From NCBI GenBank assembly GCA_002269645.1, contig NIVC01000275.1:62001-126000 (forward strand): DNA of 64,000 bases, in the 5' to 3' direction. The notes beneath the pieces are model-generated. The model made no database searches and was not told the origin of the DNA. It was given only the letters and a program-made list of their open reading frames with translations. This document shows positions 36,972 through 53,500 of this stretch, piece after piece. The DNA comes from Macrostomum lignano (Eukaryota). Within the stretch, counting starts at the first letter, position 1; each line of letters opens with the position of its first letter. The position numbers and the translations under genes are program-made.

Positions 36972-37362
36972 CGACACAGTAGGGAGCCCCATTAACACAG
37001 TAGGGAGTCCAATTGACACAGTAGGGAACCCCATTAAGACAGTAGGGAACCCCATTAACACAGTACGGAGCCCCATTAACACAGTAGGAAACCCCATCAA
37101 CACAGTACGGAGCCCCATTAACACAATAAGGAGCCCCATTAACACAGTAGGGAACCCCATCAACACAGTACGGAGCCCCATTAATACAGTAGGTAACCCC
37201 ATTGACACAGTAGGGAGCCCCATTAACACAGTACGGAGCCCCATTAACACAGTAGGGAGCCCCATTAACACAGTAGAGAGCCCCATTAACACAGTAGGGA
37301 GTCCAATTGACATAGTAGGGAACCCCATTAAGACAGTAGGGAACCCCATTAACACAGTAGGG
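36972..37362. repeat. 21-bp minisatellite (ACACAGTAGGGAGCCCCATTA)
   Basis: Read directly. Confidence 0.93.
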
Positions 37363-37774
37363 AGCCGCATTATCGCAGTATTTCTCGCTTCAGCTACACC
37401 GGCTGTCGATGTTTTACAAGAAATGCAACAAAGACCGCCGGCAAAGCTGCGACCAGGTGACTGCGGCGCCAAGTCATCGCCGAGTTGATCAGCTGACGAT
37501 GACCGGCCTTCCCCTCCGGCGAGCTTCTCGACGATTCCCGACTGTCTCTGCAAATTCGGCATACGAAATCATTCGCCCTACAGACTACTGCGAGCGGTAG
37601 AGATATTCAAAAATTGTTGGAAATAAAAAACGAACTCATTTCTAGCTCGGAGCTTCTCCCACTGCTGTTTGCCGTACAGCTTTGCCCTTTCCCAGATTTC
37701 CGTCTCCTCTCTGGCGCGGCGCTGCTGCTCGGCTCGGAGTCGCGACTGGCTGGAAGGTTTCAGTGCCATTTTCA

Positions 37775-38085
37775 GGGGCCATTTTCAGTGACTTTCAGTG
37801 ACATTCCCAGTGCCATTTTCAGTGACTTTCAGTGACATTCCCAGTGCCATTTTCAGTGACTTTCAGTGATATTTTCAGTGACGGTCAGTGAAATTTTCAG
37901 TGACGGTCAGTGAAATTTTCAGTGACGGTCAGTGAAATTTTCAGTGACGGTCAGTGAAATTTTCAGTGCCATTCCCAGTGCCATTTTCAGTGACTTTCAG
38001 TGATATTTTCAGTGACGGTCAGTGAAATTTTCAGTGCCATTCCCAGTGCCATTTTCAGTGACTTCAGTGAAGTTTTCAGTGCCAA
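37775..38085. repeat. TTTTCAGTG(A/C)-based degenerate minisatellite
   Basis: Read directly; it lies between the TIKI stop codon and ORF 37578-37769. Confidence 0.88.
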
Positions 38086-38105
38086 TATCAGCGCCATCTT
38101 AATCC

Positions 38106-41935
<3,830 letters not shown>

Positions 41936-41974
41936 CTGTTGGGGATAAGGCTGGCGAAGTCAGTTGGGAGGCCG

Positions 41975-42675
41975 CCTGGTCAGTGTTTGGGTCAGTGTTT
42001 GGGTCAGTGTTTGGGTCAGTGTTTGGGTCAGTGCTTGGGTCAGTGTTTGGGTCAGTGTTTGGGTCAGTGTTTGGGTCAGTGCTTGGGTCAGTGTTTGGGT
42101 CAGTGTTTGGTTCAGTGTTTGGGTTAGTGTTTGAGTCAGTGTTTGGGTCAGTGCTTGGGTCAGTGTTTGGGTCAGTGTTTGGGTCAGTGTTTGGGTCAGT
42201 GTTTGGGTCAGTGTTTGGATCAGTGCTTGGGTCAGTGTTTGGGTCAATGTTTGGTTCAGTGTTTGGTTCAGTGTTTGGTTCAGTTCTCATGTCAGTGTTT
42301 GGGTCAGTGCTTGGGTCAGTGCTTGGGTCAGTGTTTGGGTCAGTGCTTGGGTCAGTGTTTGGGTCAGTGCTTGGGTCAGTGTTTGGTTCAGTGTTTGGGT
42401 TAGTGTTTGAGTCAGTGTTTGGGTCAGTGCTTGGGTCAGTGTTTGGGTCAGTGTTTGGGTCAGTGTTTGGGTCAGTGTTTGGGTCAGTGTTTGGATCAGT
42501 GCTTGGGTCAGTGTTTGGGTCAATGTTTGGTTCAGTGTTTGGTTCAGTGTTTGGTTCAGTTCTCATGTCAGTGTTTGGGTCAGTGCTTGGGTCAGTGCTT
42601 GGGTCAGTGTTTGGGTCAGTGCTTGGGTCAGTGTTTGGGTCAGTTCTCATGTCAGTGTTTGGGTCAGTGTTTAGG
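41975..42675. repeat. 12-bp minisatellite (GGGTCAGTGTTT), intronic
   Basis: Read directly; it contains an internal duplication of about 276 bp. Confidence 0.95.
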
Positions 42676-43254
42676 TCAACCACAGTATTTGAAGCAGATG
42701 ATTTGGAACTGTGCTCTTGTTCATCTGGTGAGATATAGATTGGACTCAAGCAAAGTGTCAACTATGTAAATAAAATGCATATTATCCTAGAGTACCCTAT
42801 GCTATACGCTCGTACAAGAGCTGTAAAGGGTGATATGGTAATTCCAGCTGTCAATTAAATGTGTGTACTCAGCAGAGAAGTGTCGCTACATGTTATGCTA
42901 TATGTTCTCAACTTGAGTACCTGGTATTCTTATCGATTCGGGGATATCATCTGGGACCAATAATATCTGAGAAGCTCTGAGCCTGATGCGCGCGAGAACA
43001 ATGGGAGCGAGAGAAGAGAGAGGAAACGGAGTGGAGTGGCTTTTCGGGGTGAAAAGGATGGCGGAATGTTGAGAAACAATATCAGGTCACATCGTGTCAT
43101 GCCGCTCTTTCACTTGGGAAAATAAACAGATACGGAATTCCCTGTTTAAATTTGATGATTGGATATGGGGGTCTCGCGCTAGCTGGGTGGGAATTGGAAG
43201 AAAAAAATAAACGAGGTGAAGACGGGTCAAACGGGGAGAAGGAGAGGAAGACGT

Positions 43255-43965
43255 AGATAGTGAGGGAGATGGAGAGGGAGATCGATATCGAGATGGAGAG
43301 GGAGATGGAGAGGGAAAGGGAGATAGAGATGGAGATAGAGATGGAGATGGAGAGGGAGATGGAGAAGTAGAGGGAGGGGAGAGGGAGAGAGAGAGGTAGC
43401 TGGAGAGGGAGAGGTAGAGGGAGGGGAGGGGAGAAGGAGAGGGAGGGAGAGGGAGAGTGAGAGGTAGCTGGAGAGGGAGAGAGAGGGAGATGGAGAGGGA
43501 GAAATAGATGGAGATGGAGATGGAGATGGAGAGGGAGATGTAGATGGAGATGGAGATGGAGAGGGAGATGTAGATGTAGATGGAGATGGAGATGGAGAGG
43601 GAGAGGTAGAGGAAGATGGAGAGGGAGAGGTTGAGGGAGGGGAGAGGGAGAGGGAGAGAGAGGGGGAGATGGAGAGGGAGAGAGAGGGAGATGGAGATGG
43701 AGATGGAGATGGAGAGGGAGATGTAGATGGAGATGGAGATGGAGATGGAGAGGTAGAGGAAGATGGAGAGGGAGGGAGAGGTTGAGGGAGGGGAGAGGGA
43801 GAGGGAGAGAGAGGGGGAGATGGAGAGGGAGAGAGAGGGAGATGGAGAAGGAGAGATAAAGGGAGGGGAGGGGAGAGGGAGAGGGAGAGAGAAAGAGGGA
43901 GATGGAGAGGGAGAGGGAGAGGGAGAGGGAGAGGGAGAGGGAGGGAGAGAAGGAGGGTGATGGGG
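43255..43965. repeat. Purine-rich (GAGAGG/GATGGA) low-complexity repeat
   Basis: Read directly. Confidence 0.93.
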
Positions 43966-45339
43966 AGGCTGAGCAGCCGCCTAGACACAAGGTAGTGAAA
44001 GCAGAGCAGGCGGCAAGATGAAAGCAGAGGAAACTCAAGGCAATAAAAAGAATAATGCGACGCGGAGTCACGCAATAATTGTTCCTGGCGCGGCCATTCT
44101 CCCCTCCGCAAACAAAAAACAACCACCAGGATGAAAGGGCCGCCCAAAAAACATCAGAGGGGAAATTTTAGCCGCACAGGAAAGACCGCGGTCAAACAGT
44201 TTTATCCACTGGCTTCGCAGCATCGCTGCAGAGTTCTGCACAGATGGGTGGCCGTCTGCGGGGTGGACATGCAGGATCAAACACAGACGGCGCGACTCCA
44301 GTGGGATTTAAATGCGATGAAAGACAGACAGGGAGACACAGAGCGATGCTATGGGGATTTTTCCTGTGCGCGTTCGCGTCACTGATTGACGCCGGCGCGC
44401 AATTAAGACGCAACAAAGCGGGCCGGGCCGGCATCGTGAAATCCGTCAGTCCGTGGAGTTCTAGAATATCTGGTGTCTGGAGTGCGGGCTAACTAGCTAA
44501 ACGCAAAATTGGAAACTGTGAATTTATTCGTTATTTTTACATTTCGTATTCGTTAACTTGCTGCTATTTTTGAAAATCACTGTCTAAGGCAGCCGTTATT
44601 TCGCCGATTTTAAAAAAATAAGTCCAAAATAGTTTTTGTTAAAAATGGTGACTTTGAAGGAAACCTGTGGGGTGAAAAAGTTGGTGCTGTATCTTCAACA
44701 TTTGTTTAGGTTTAAATACAGTAAATTGTGCTGGCGTGCATTGTTTAAAGTAATTGTTATTTAGTTTAAATTTCTAGTTGGATCATCATTGTCAGTGTAC
44801 TATTTTCTCAATCAATAACCTTTAATAACATTAATTAATTAATTAATTAGCATTCCTTTTAGTGTTATTTAATGTCCGGTTAAAACAGTTCTTGCTAAGC
44901 TTTATCCGACAATTATCTGAGTGTTCATAAGAAATTATTGTCACAATAGACACAAAACTATTGATTTTGTTTAAAAGATAAAATGCTTACATAAAAACAT
45001 TGACTTACTTACCTTACTTGCAAAAGATAATTATATAAAAGTAAAATTTTGTTTTAATAATATCTCCATTAATGTTTAACAATAATTTGAATCAACAATA
45101 ATGAATGACTATGTAATTTGAATAATGGTTATAAAAACTGGTTTTATTTTGTTTTTCTACTCAGGTTCTTAAGCTTGGTCTGAAAAAAACTATTTCTACA
45201 ATCAGAGGAATAGTTCGTTTATTTGCGGCTTTTGCGGTCAGCGATAATTGCGGTTTATGAGGTACATCCCAGTCATCTTATTTTAGAACTCCACAATCAT
45301 TCCAATGCAGTTCCATTTTGTCTCTCTATCCCCCCATAC

Positions 45340-47901
45340 CTACCTCTCAGAATTCTTTATCAAGACTGCGTTTCGCTTATTCGCAAGGCGGGCCTCGGAC
45401 AGCCGGGCATCAACAAACTCAGCAGGTGGCCAATCGTCAGGGCCGCCACTCGAGGACCGCCTGCAGTGGTGGTGGCCCCGGCGCGTACGATTCGCGGCGC
45501 CCATTAAAAGGGAAAATGGCTATTCAGTTATTCAATGCTTAGTTGTCCCGGGGTGGAGGGCTGGAATGAATTATCGAGACTGCTGGGCCTGATAGCATAG
45601 GCCATTAACTTCATATTGCATTTGGTCAACGCCTCAGCGCCATCTGTCAGTGTCTGCAGTTCCAAAGCATATCCCAAAAAGCTTTAACTTTTCACAGAAC
45701 GTAGGCAATGTCCGGTTAAGAGCTGTGCTTGAATTGTATGTGAAATGGACAAAGCAGCGAGTGAAGGGTCATGACCGTGAATGGTGGGTCATAACAGTGA
45801 GGGAGAGGTCATAACAGTGAGGGAGAGGTCATAACAGTGAGGGAGAGTTCATAACAGTGAGGGAGAGATCATAACAGTGAGGGAGAGTTCATAACAGTGA
45901 GGGAGAGGTCATAACAGTGAGGGAGAGGTCATAACAGTGAGGGAGAGGTCATAACAGTGAGGGAGAGGTCATAACAGTGAGGGAGAGGTCATAACAGTGA
46001 GGGAGAGGTCATAACAGTGAGGGAGAGGTCATAAAAGTGAGGGCGGGATCATACCGGAGTCAAAAATAGGGGATGAGGATCATATCCGGGACTGTAGGAG
46101 TGCATGATGACGAGCCGAAGGTCGTGACAGTGACGCAAGAAGTTAATTCCTGCCAAATACTCCTCACTGTAAGTGGCTTGGGTGAGCGGTTGGACGGTAG
46201 TACAGTGAGTGATTGATGGCTGCCGCCAGCTCCAACCCGAGGCAGACCAGAAAGCCGAGTCAAAAAGATCGTGGATTCAAACCCGAACGCTCTGCCGCAT
46301 TTTTCCACTAAAAGCATTCTTTTGCCTCGAGCGTATCGGGTCTAAAGAAAAGCTTGGTTGCCATGGTGATGGGTATCATCATTTGCTTATTTTCCCCTAT
46401 ACTCGTCTGTTAGCTTTTAGAATCGGAAGTTTAGTTTGTTGCAAAGCTCTTCAGCTTAACAGAATTCGACGAGTTCAATAAACATAATTTGCTCCCATTT
46501 TAGGAAATCCCCGCCGCCCTACCGCAATTCCAAAGGGGATTTTTTTACCGAAATGGGAGAGGCATGAAGAATCCTCTACTGCCCCCTGGCTCAAGTGTTT
46601 TATGGCTTGGTGCGCTTTGGGGGAAGTTAAACTCGAAATTTTCATGCCGAATTGGCTTGGGGATTATTGTTAAACTGGCTTTCCAATCCAGAATCAGCTG
46701 ATCGTCAAGGACTACTAATTTTGTCGAGAATTGGGGAATAAAGTAAGTCTCTAATCTGCGTAGATGATAAGGCAAATGTCGGGTCTGCCGCTCACCAAGC
46801 TTAGTTCATTCGGCCTTTTTATCAAATATTCTTTTGTTTTTCTATGCTGTCTGCTGCTTTGTCAAGAAATCGATTCTCTAGTGCAAAGAATATTGGAGAT
46901 TAGAGAAATTATTCGCCTCGAATGCAAGTTAAAGATCTTAGCCGCTTCAAATAGAGTCTGCATAAAGAGTTTTTAGAGATTCTACAGAGCGTCTACAAGT
47001 TGTCTACAGAGAGTCTACAGAGAGTCTACAGAAAGTCTACAGAGCGTCTACAGAGAGTCTACAGAGAGTCTACAGAGAGTCTACAGAGAGTCTACAGAGA
47101 GTCTACAGAGAGTCTACAGAGAGTCTACAGAGAGTCTATAGAGAGTCTATAGAGAGTTTACAGAGATTCTACAGAGAGTCTACAGAGAGTCTACAGAGAG
47201 TCTACAGAGAGTCTACAGAGAGTCTATAGAGAGTCTACAGAAAGTCTACAGAGCTTCTACAGAGAGTCTACAGAGAGTCTACAGAGCGTCTACAGAAAGT
47301 CTACAGAGAGTCTACAGAGAGTCTACAGAGAGTCTACAGAGATTCTACAGAGCGTCTACAGAGAGTCTACAGAGCGTCTACAGAGAGTCTACAGAGAGTC
47401 TACAGAGAGTCTATAGAGAGTCTATAGAGAGTCTACAGAGAGTCTACAGAGAGTCTACAGAGAGTCTATAGAGAGTCTACAGAGAGTTTACAGAGCGTCT
47501 ACAGAGAATCTACATAAAGTCTACAGAAAGTTTACAGAGAATCTATAGACTACATGGAGTCTACAGAGAATCTACAGAATACATGGAGTCTACAGAGAAT
47601 CTAAAGAATACATGGAGTCTACAGAACATCTATACAGATTACAGGCAGTCTACAGAGAATCTACAGACTACAGGTAGTCTACAGAGCATCTACAGACTAC
47701 AGGGAGTCTATAGAGAGTCTACAGAAGGTCTACAGAGTCTAGAAAGAATCAGAACCAGAACATGGTTTCTAGCTGGTCATCCTTGATTCGGCATCCAGCC
47801 TCACAGCAGGTTACCCAACTCACCACATCGCACATCTCGGCCATCGCAGACACGCTCAGCGCCAGCAACAAGGCCCAGTGATTCACCAAGCGAGTAGCCA
47901 T
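45340..47901 (-). CDS. Putative orphan secreted protein (signal-peptide exon 47901-47824; downstream exons uncertain)
   Basis: MATRLVNHWALLLALSVSAMAEMCDV ends at a strong GTGAGT donor. Coding-like patches lie at ~46240-46070 (ITHCTTVQPLTQATYSEEYLAGINFLRHCHDLRLVIMHSY) and ~45500-45345. I do not recognise a family. Confidence 0.3.
45790..46042. repeat. 20-bp minisatellite (ATAACAGTGAGGGAGAGGTC)
   Basis: Read directly. Confidence 0.95.
46975..47740. repeat. 12-bp minisatellite (GAGAGTCTACAG)
   Basis: Read directly. Confidence 0.95.
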
Positions 47902-48109
47902 CCGGATATTAAAGCTGTTCAGTTCAGTGCAAACTTCAGCAGGAAATTCTAATCCATGCAGAACCGGCTTGTTTGCACAGTTTCGACTCTATTAAAGCAG
48001 AGTTGATGGCTGATCGCCTCTCATTGGTCTCCGATATTGGTAGGGCAGCGAATGGGAGAAAGGATTGGGATTTAGCAAAAGGAAGAAAATGATGACGGGA
48101 AGGAAGGCG

Positions 48110-48123
48110 GTTCCTATAGCAAC
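48110..48123. promoter_or_regulatory. Candidate RFX X-box
   Basis: GTTCCTATAGCAAC fits GTTNCY-AT-RGNAAC and lies ~210 bp upstream of the ATG at 47901, with ATTGG motifs nearby. Confidence 0.45.
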
Positions 48124-48292
48124 AACCAGGACGCTTGGCAAGCTGTAATTACTATTTTAGGAGGCCAAAATCTTTTAATCTTTTAAAAGTTTTCGGCATT
48201 TCTAAATACAACTTCGAGTTTATACCTCTTTTGCTTTTTTCCGACGTTTTTTTATCGCATGTTTTTGCAAACTATCAGCCACGGAACTTCTC

Positions 48293-48606
48293 AATAATAA
48301 TAATAATAATAATAATTGATTATACCTGACCCAATTAAGCCAGATGTGCAACCAACAGCTCAGCCGCAGCTGTTGCGCGGCGCATCTGAAGGCTGCGTAC
48401 GGCTGTTCAGTCCAAGGACTGGGGGGGGGGGTCGTCACACACATCCTCAATTACCCCAGCTAATGCTGGCACCCATTTTACAGCTGGGTGAACTGAAGCA
48501 ATGCAGAGTTAAGTGTCTTGCTCAAATTGATCCAGTGGAATGAGGAATCGAACCCCCGACCCTCAAATCGTGAGTCCGACGCTCTAACCACTAGGCTACA
48601 ACCCCT
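48293..48606 (-). mobile_element. tRNA-derived CORE-like SINE
   Basis: tRNA-like head (TAGCCTAGTGG, GGTTCGATTCC), central GAGCAAGACACTTAACTCTGCATTGCTTCAGTTCACCCAGCTGTAAAATGGGT resembling the CORE domain, and an (ATT)n tail. Homologous to 62050-62323. Confidence 0.75.
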
Positions 48607-49234
48607 ACCACTAGGCCACAACCCCTACCACTAGTCTACAACCCCTACCACTAGTACCACTAGACTGACATTTAAATTAAGCGATCAAACCTCACAAGCT
48701 CCTGTCGAGTCAGAGCTCCGTTTCATGTCCAGAGTATTGGCTTGAAGCCTCCATGTCCAGGGAGGTTTGATTGACAGAGCGAGTCGCTCAGGCTGTGGAG
48801 GCTCCGTCGCGACAAGGCGGCGACTTGGCTGGCCAATGCAAAAGCCATATTGAGCAATCTTGATGATGCGGCTCCAGCGGTATAGATTTCAAGCTGAGAT
48901 GCCGGACGGAGAGAATCGATATGAATCAATCAGGTATTAAATCTTGCTGGCCCTGCTTCTCCTCAGCGCCCGAGCTGTGTGGCCTGCTTGCGATCTAAGA
49001 AATGCTAAAAGCACTGATTGACAGGTGCTTGTCGCGACTCAAAATATTTAGAGTCTTCGCCTCCGGCTTGAGAGATATTTGCGAAGAAAAACGCATAATT
49101 GTTACTGAGAATGAGTAGGCAGCTGCGAATTTTTAACGAAGAATGATACACTCAGCTAAATTGATGCAGCAAAACCTTCAGAGATTTTCAAATATATGTT
49201 TAAACGGTTCCTTCATTTTGACATAAAAATTCTG

Positions 49235-49462
49235 TAGACAGGGTATTGGGGTTCGAGGTTCTACATGTATAAACAGGGTATTTTTAATCTATTATATTCA
49301 GGGTATTGGGGGTTCTATAGACAGGGTATTGGGAGTTCTATAGACAGGGTATAGGGTACTCTATAGACAGGGTATTGGGAGTTCTATAGACAAGGTATTG
49401 GGAGTTCTATAGACAGGGTATTGGGAGTTCTATAGAGAGGGTATTGGGGGATCTGTAGACAA
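49235..49462. repeat. ~23-bp minisatellite (GGGTATTGGGAGTTCTATAGACA)
   Basis: Read directly. Confidence 0.88.
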
Positions 49463-49545
49463 GGGTTGTAGCCTAGTGGTTAAAGCATTGGACTCACAAC
49501 TTGAAGGTCGGGGGTTCGATTCCCGATCCCACTGGATTAATTTGT
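49463..49545 (+). mobile_element. 5' fragment of the same SINE family
   Basis: GGGTTGTAGCCTAGTGGTTAAAGC..GGTTCGATTCCCGATCCCACTGGA matches the SINE head. Confidence 0.7.
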
Positions 49546-49574
49546 GTCCAGTGGTGTAAAGTGTCCAGTCTCAC

Positions 49575-49945
49575 CAGGTGTAGAGTGGGGCTGGTGTAGA
49601 GTGGGGTTGGTGTAGAGTGTGGTTGGTGTAGAGTGGGGCTGGTGTAGAGTGGGGTTGGTGTAGAGTGGGGTTGGTGTAGAGTGGGGTTGGTGTAGAGTGG
49701 GGTTGGTGTAGAGTGGGGTTGGTGTAGAGTGGGGTTGGTGTAGAGTGGGGTTGATGTAGTGGGGTTGGTGTAGGATGGGGTTGATGTAGAGTGGGGTTGG
49801 TGTAGAGTGGGGTTGGTGTAGAATGGGGTTGATGTAGTGGGGTTGGTGTAGAATGGGGTTGATGTAGAGTGGGGCTGGTGCACAGTGGGGTTGGTGTAGA
49901 GTGGGGCTGGTGTAGAGTGGGGTTGGTGTACAGTGGGGTTGGTGT
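49575..49945. repeat. 16-bp G-rich minisatellite (TGTAGAGTGGGGTTGG)
   Basis: Read directly. Confidence 0.95.
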
Positions 49946-50538
49946 AAAGTCAAATTTCAAAGTTCAAAGTTCAAATTCAAATTTCTCCTCTTTTCGAAAC
50001 AGCACACACGTTCTCCTCCAAAGTAACAAATATTGGTTTATAATTAGAAAAGGAATCTTCCGGCATGCAGTTTATAACTGATGGTACATTATTTATAGTT
50101 TCCCAGATAAAAATGGATCAGGTGAGCAATTTTCGATGCAGGCGGCTTAGAGAGGATAGAAAATCGATACTCGTATAAACTTGTAATTAATCAACAATAG
50201 AAAATAAAAATAATAATCAACGGAGAGGCAATTACGGGGCATGATAGGCTGATAATCGGGACAACTTAGAAAGCGTAGTGAAGTAAAAGTAATAAAATTA
50301 ATATCTTCTGATAAGAAAATAAGCTATTAATTCTAGTTTACCGCAGCACAGATAAAAAATCTGCGTTAAAAGTTAAAGTACAAAAAGTTTTCTATATTCT
50401 TAGAACACCGCTGTTTTGAAGGCCGATTATTTTGCAATGGCAAAAATTTCTTATTTTAATGCAATGATTAAAAAAAACATTCTATTCTCTCCTTGCAATT
50501 TTCTGTTTGGTTTCCAATCTAGTTAGAGCGGCCAAGGA

Positions 50539-53500
50539 TCACTGGATGACCAGAGGGTCCCTGGCTGCGAACAGGGGCTGAATATTAACGAATGGCTCCT
50601 TCTCGGTGGCCACGTGGTCGACCCGGAACCTGCGGCCCGGCGGGATGTCCTTGTCGCGGAGTCGCTCCCTGCGGCGGGGGAGATAATGGAAGACAGTGTC
50701 AGGCTGATGAAGATTATATTTATCGTATGATAGAAACGAGAAACGAGAAACTCACCTGTACACCTGCTGCTGGCCGTGCGATAGGCGAGCCTCAGTCTTG
50801 GACACGAAGTCGTTGGTGTGAGCGTTCACGTGAGCCGTGTCCTCCTGGCGCTGGATGTCGTAGCGGCCCGGCCCGACTTGGTTCTACGGGTCAAGGTTGA
50901 GTCAGTAAGTCAAGTTGGTCAAGTGAGACAGTTGGGTCAGTGGGTCAGATATTAGGTGGACTATCGTGGTTGAGTTTGAAATTTGTTTTCAATTGTTCTT
51001 AAACCAAGGCCAACCTTCCAAATCACTGAAAGCGGGTTTTCCTCATATTTTCGAAGGATACAATCAGAATCTAGCCCCGGGGTTTGTTTCCACGGAAATT
51101 CCACGGATTTCCCGTCAAAACTTACGAAGTTCTTTGTAAAGAACATTAGCGAACGCTTGTCCTGTCTGTTTGAAGTGCTCAAGAAGCCGGCTTCGCTCTT
51201 GGAGAAAGACTCCTTCTTGAAGTTTGGATCGGTCGGGTGGTAGGAGGCAGCGGAGACCTTGTTCTGAAATTTTCAATATAAACATGAGATTAACTTTAAA
51301 AATAAAGTTTACTATGAGTACCGTATGTAGCATTTCAAAGGAAGGAGTTAAGATTTAATTATCATTAGATAGAAGATTTTTAGAGATTAGGGGAATCCCA
51401 AAGAGTATTTCGGGAGGCTGGGGAATCCCAGAGAGTATTTCTGGAGGCTGGGGAATCCAGAGAGCATCACAGGAGGCTGGGGAATCCCAGAGAGTATTTC
51501 TGGAGGCTGGGGAATCCAGAGAGCATCACAGGAGGCTGGGGAATCCCAGAGTATTTCAGGAGGCTGGGGAATCCAGAGAGTATCCCAGGAGGCTGGGGAA
51601 TCCCAGAGAGTATCCCAGGAGGCTGGGGAATCCCAGAGAGTATCCCAGGAGGCTGGGGAATCCCAGAGAGTATCACAGGAGGCTGGGGAATCCCAGAGAG
51701 TATCACAAGAGCCTGGGGAATCTCAGAGAGTATCACAGGAGGCTGGGGAATGCAGATAATATTTCGGGAGGCTGGGGAATCCCAGAGAGTATCACAAGAG
51801 CCTGGGGAATCTCAGAGAGGATCACAGGAGGCTGGGGAATGCAGATAATATTTCGGGAGGCTGGGGAATCCCAGAGAGTATTTCGGGAGGCTAGGGAATC
51901 CCAGAGAGCATCACAGGAGGCTGGGGAATGTTACCGTGGGATCAGGTGGCACAGTGGCAGGCGTCATCCAGTAGATTCGGTCGCACGGCTTGGCCGGGTA
52001 CTGCACCATCTTGAGGAATTTGCCGTGGTTGCGCTTCTCCGGCCTATTGAGATCGGCCACGCCGTCTTTAAAGTTGTACTGGCCTGGGCCCAGGTTGCCG
52101 GTTGACATGCGAGCGTAGTGTCCGGTTTTTACCGGCTGGTCCCTGAGCCGTTGTGGATGAGTAAGGCGATGAAGTTTTATATACGGTTTTCATAGTCACG
52201 TGACTCTGGACCAGTTAAGCTACGCGATCCGTCTCTGAATGTACACCACCCCTGTCCCATTGAATGTACATCATCGCTGCCCCACTGAATGTACACCATC
52301 GTCTATCCCTGTCCCACTGAATGTACACCATCCCTGCCCCACTGAATGTACAACATCCCTACCCCACTGATGTACACCACCCTTGTCCGACTGAATGTAC
52401 ACCACCCCTGTCCGACTGAATGTACACCATCTCTGCCTCAGTGAATGGAATGAAAAATAATAAGACGACTATCTAGTCATTTCAGACACCGGTCCCGTAC
52501 CCCAACAGAACGCAAGCCTCACCGATCCAATGAGAAAACTTCGTAGGGGCCTCGGGAATTCTTTCCAGCCTTCTTAGCCGCTAGCAGGTCCGTGAAGCTG
52601 GGGATCTGGTAGGTGCCCGGCCCGAGGTCGGTTCCCTGCTGGGGCGGGGCGCGGCTGCCGCCGCAGTCGAGCATGCCGACCCGGCCGCAGTGGCGCCGTT
52701 TCTCATCCATCTCCTCCTTGTGCAGATGTGGCACGCCGCTTTTTCCGTAGCTGCCGGGACCCGGGTTGCCCTCCTGCCCGGTGTGGCCGCGGAACCGGGG
52801 CTCCCGGGCTTCCAGGAGGCCGCGCTTTGATACCTGGGGGAGTTTTATTGGTTCATTCAAATCGATAGTTCTTTTATATTGATTTTCTGACCGAAATCTT
52901 TGTTTCATCAGTCAGCCTTCAATCGGTTTTTGTAAATATCAATTTCCTGAAATCGCTAAAGTCCTTTGCTACGAGACAGACAGAGACAGATCTCCGTTCA
53001 TTTGGTGTTCGTGAGAGCGAACGATTCTCTGGCTGACCTCATTTCTACCTACATTTTCCGGGCTCCTGTCGGGGTTTTATCGATTTTCTTATCAGTGTAC
53101 GTGTCTCTCTCATTTTCTGCCCCCCCCCTAACCCCGGCGCAAGCGCCTGTCGCTTTGAGGTGGGTGAATTTTTATCGATTTTCTTATCAATGTACATGTC
53201 CCTCCCTCTGATTTTCTGCCCCCTAACCCCCGCACAAGCGATGGGTGAATTTTTATCGATTTTCATATATGGTGCATCCCCAACTCTTCTCTATCTCTCT
53301 CTAATCATCGGCCTGCACTTTTGTTTTACTGACTTGTTAGTTGTTGCTAAAAACTTTAAAATACCAAATAAAGCTAGATTACTACACAGCTCAACATCAG
53401 GAGAGGTGAAAAAGTCATTAATTTGCTGTGTATACATGTATATTGAGCACTTGAGCTAAAGTTAGATCAGCATTTTCTTAATAGATTCTATCCAAATAAC

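Noticed and set aside
48715-48960. GC-richer patch with a short minus-strand ORF
   Set aside because: I found no recognisable homology and could not link it by splice phase to a neighbouring gene.
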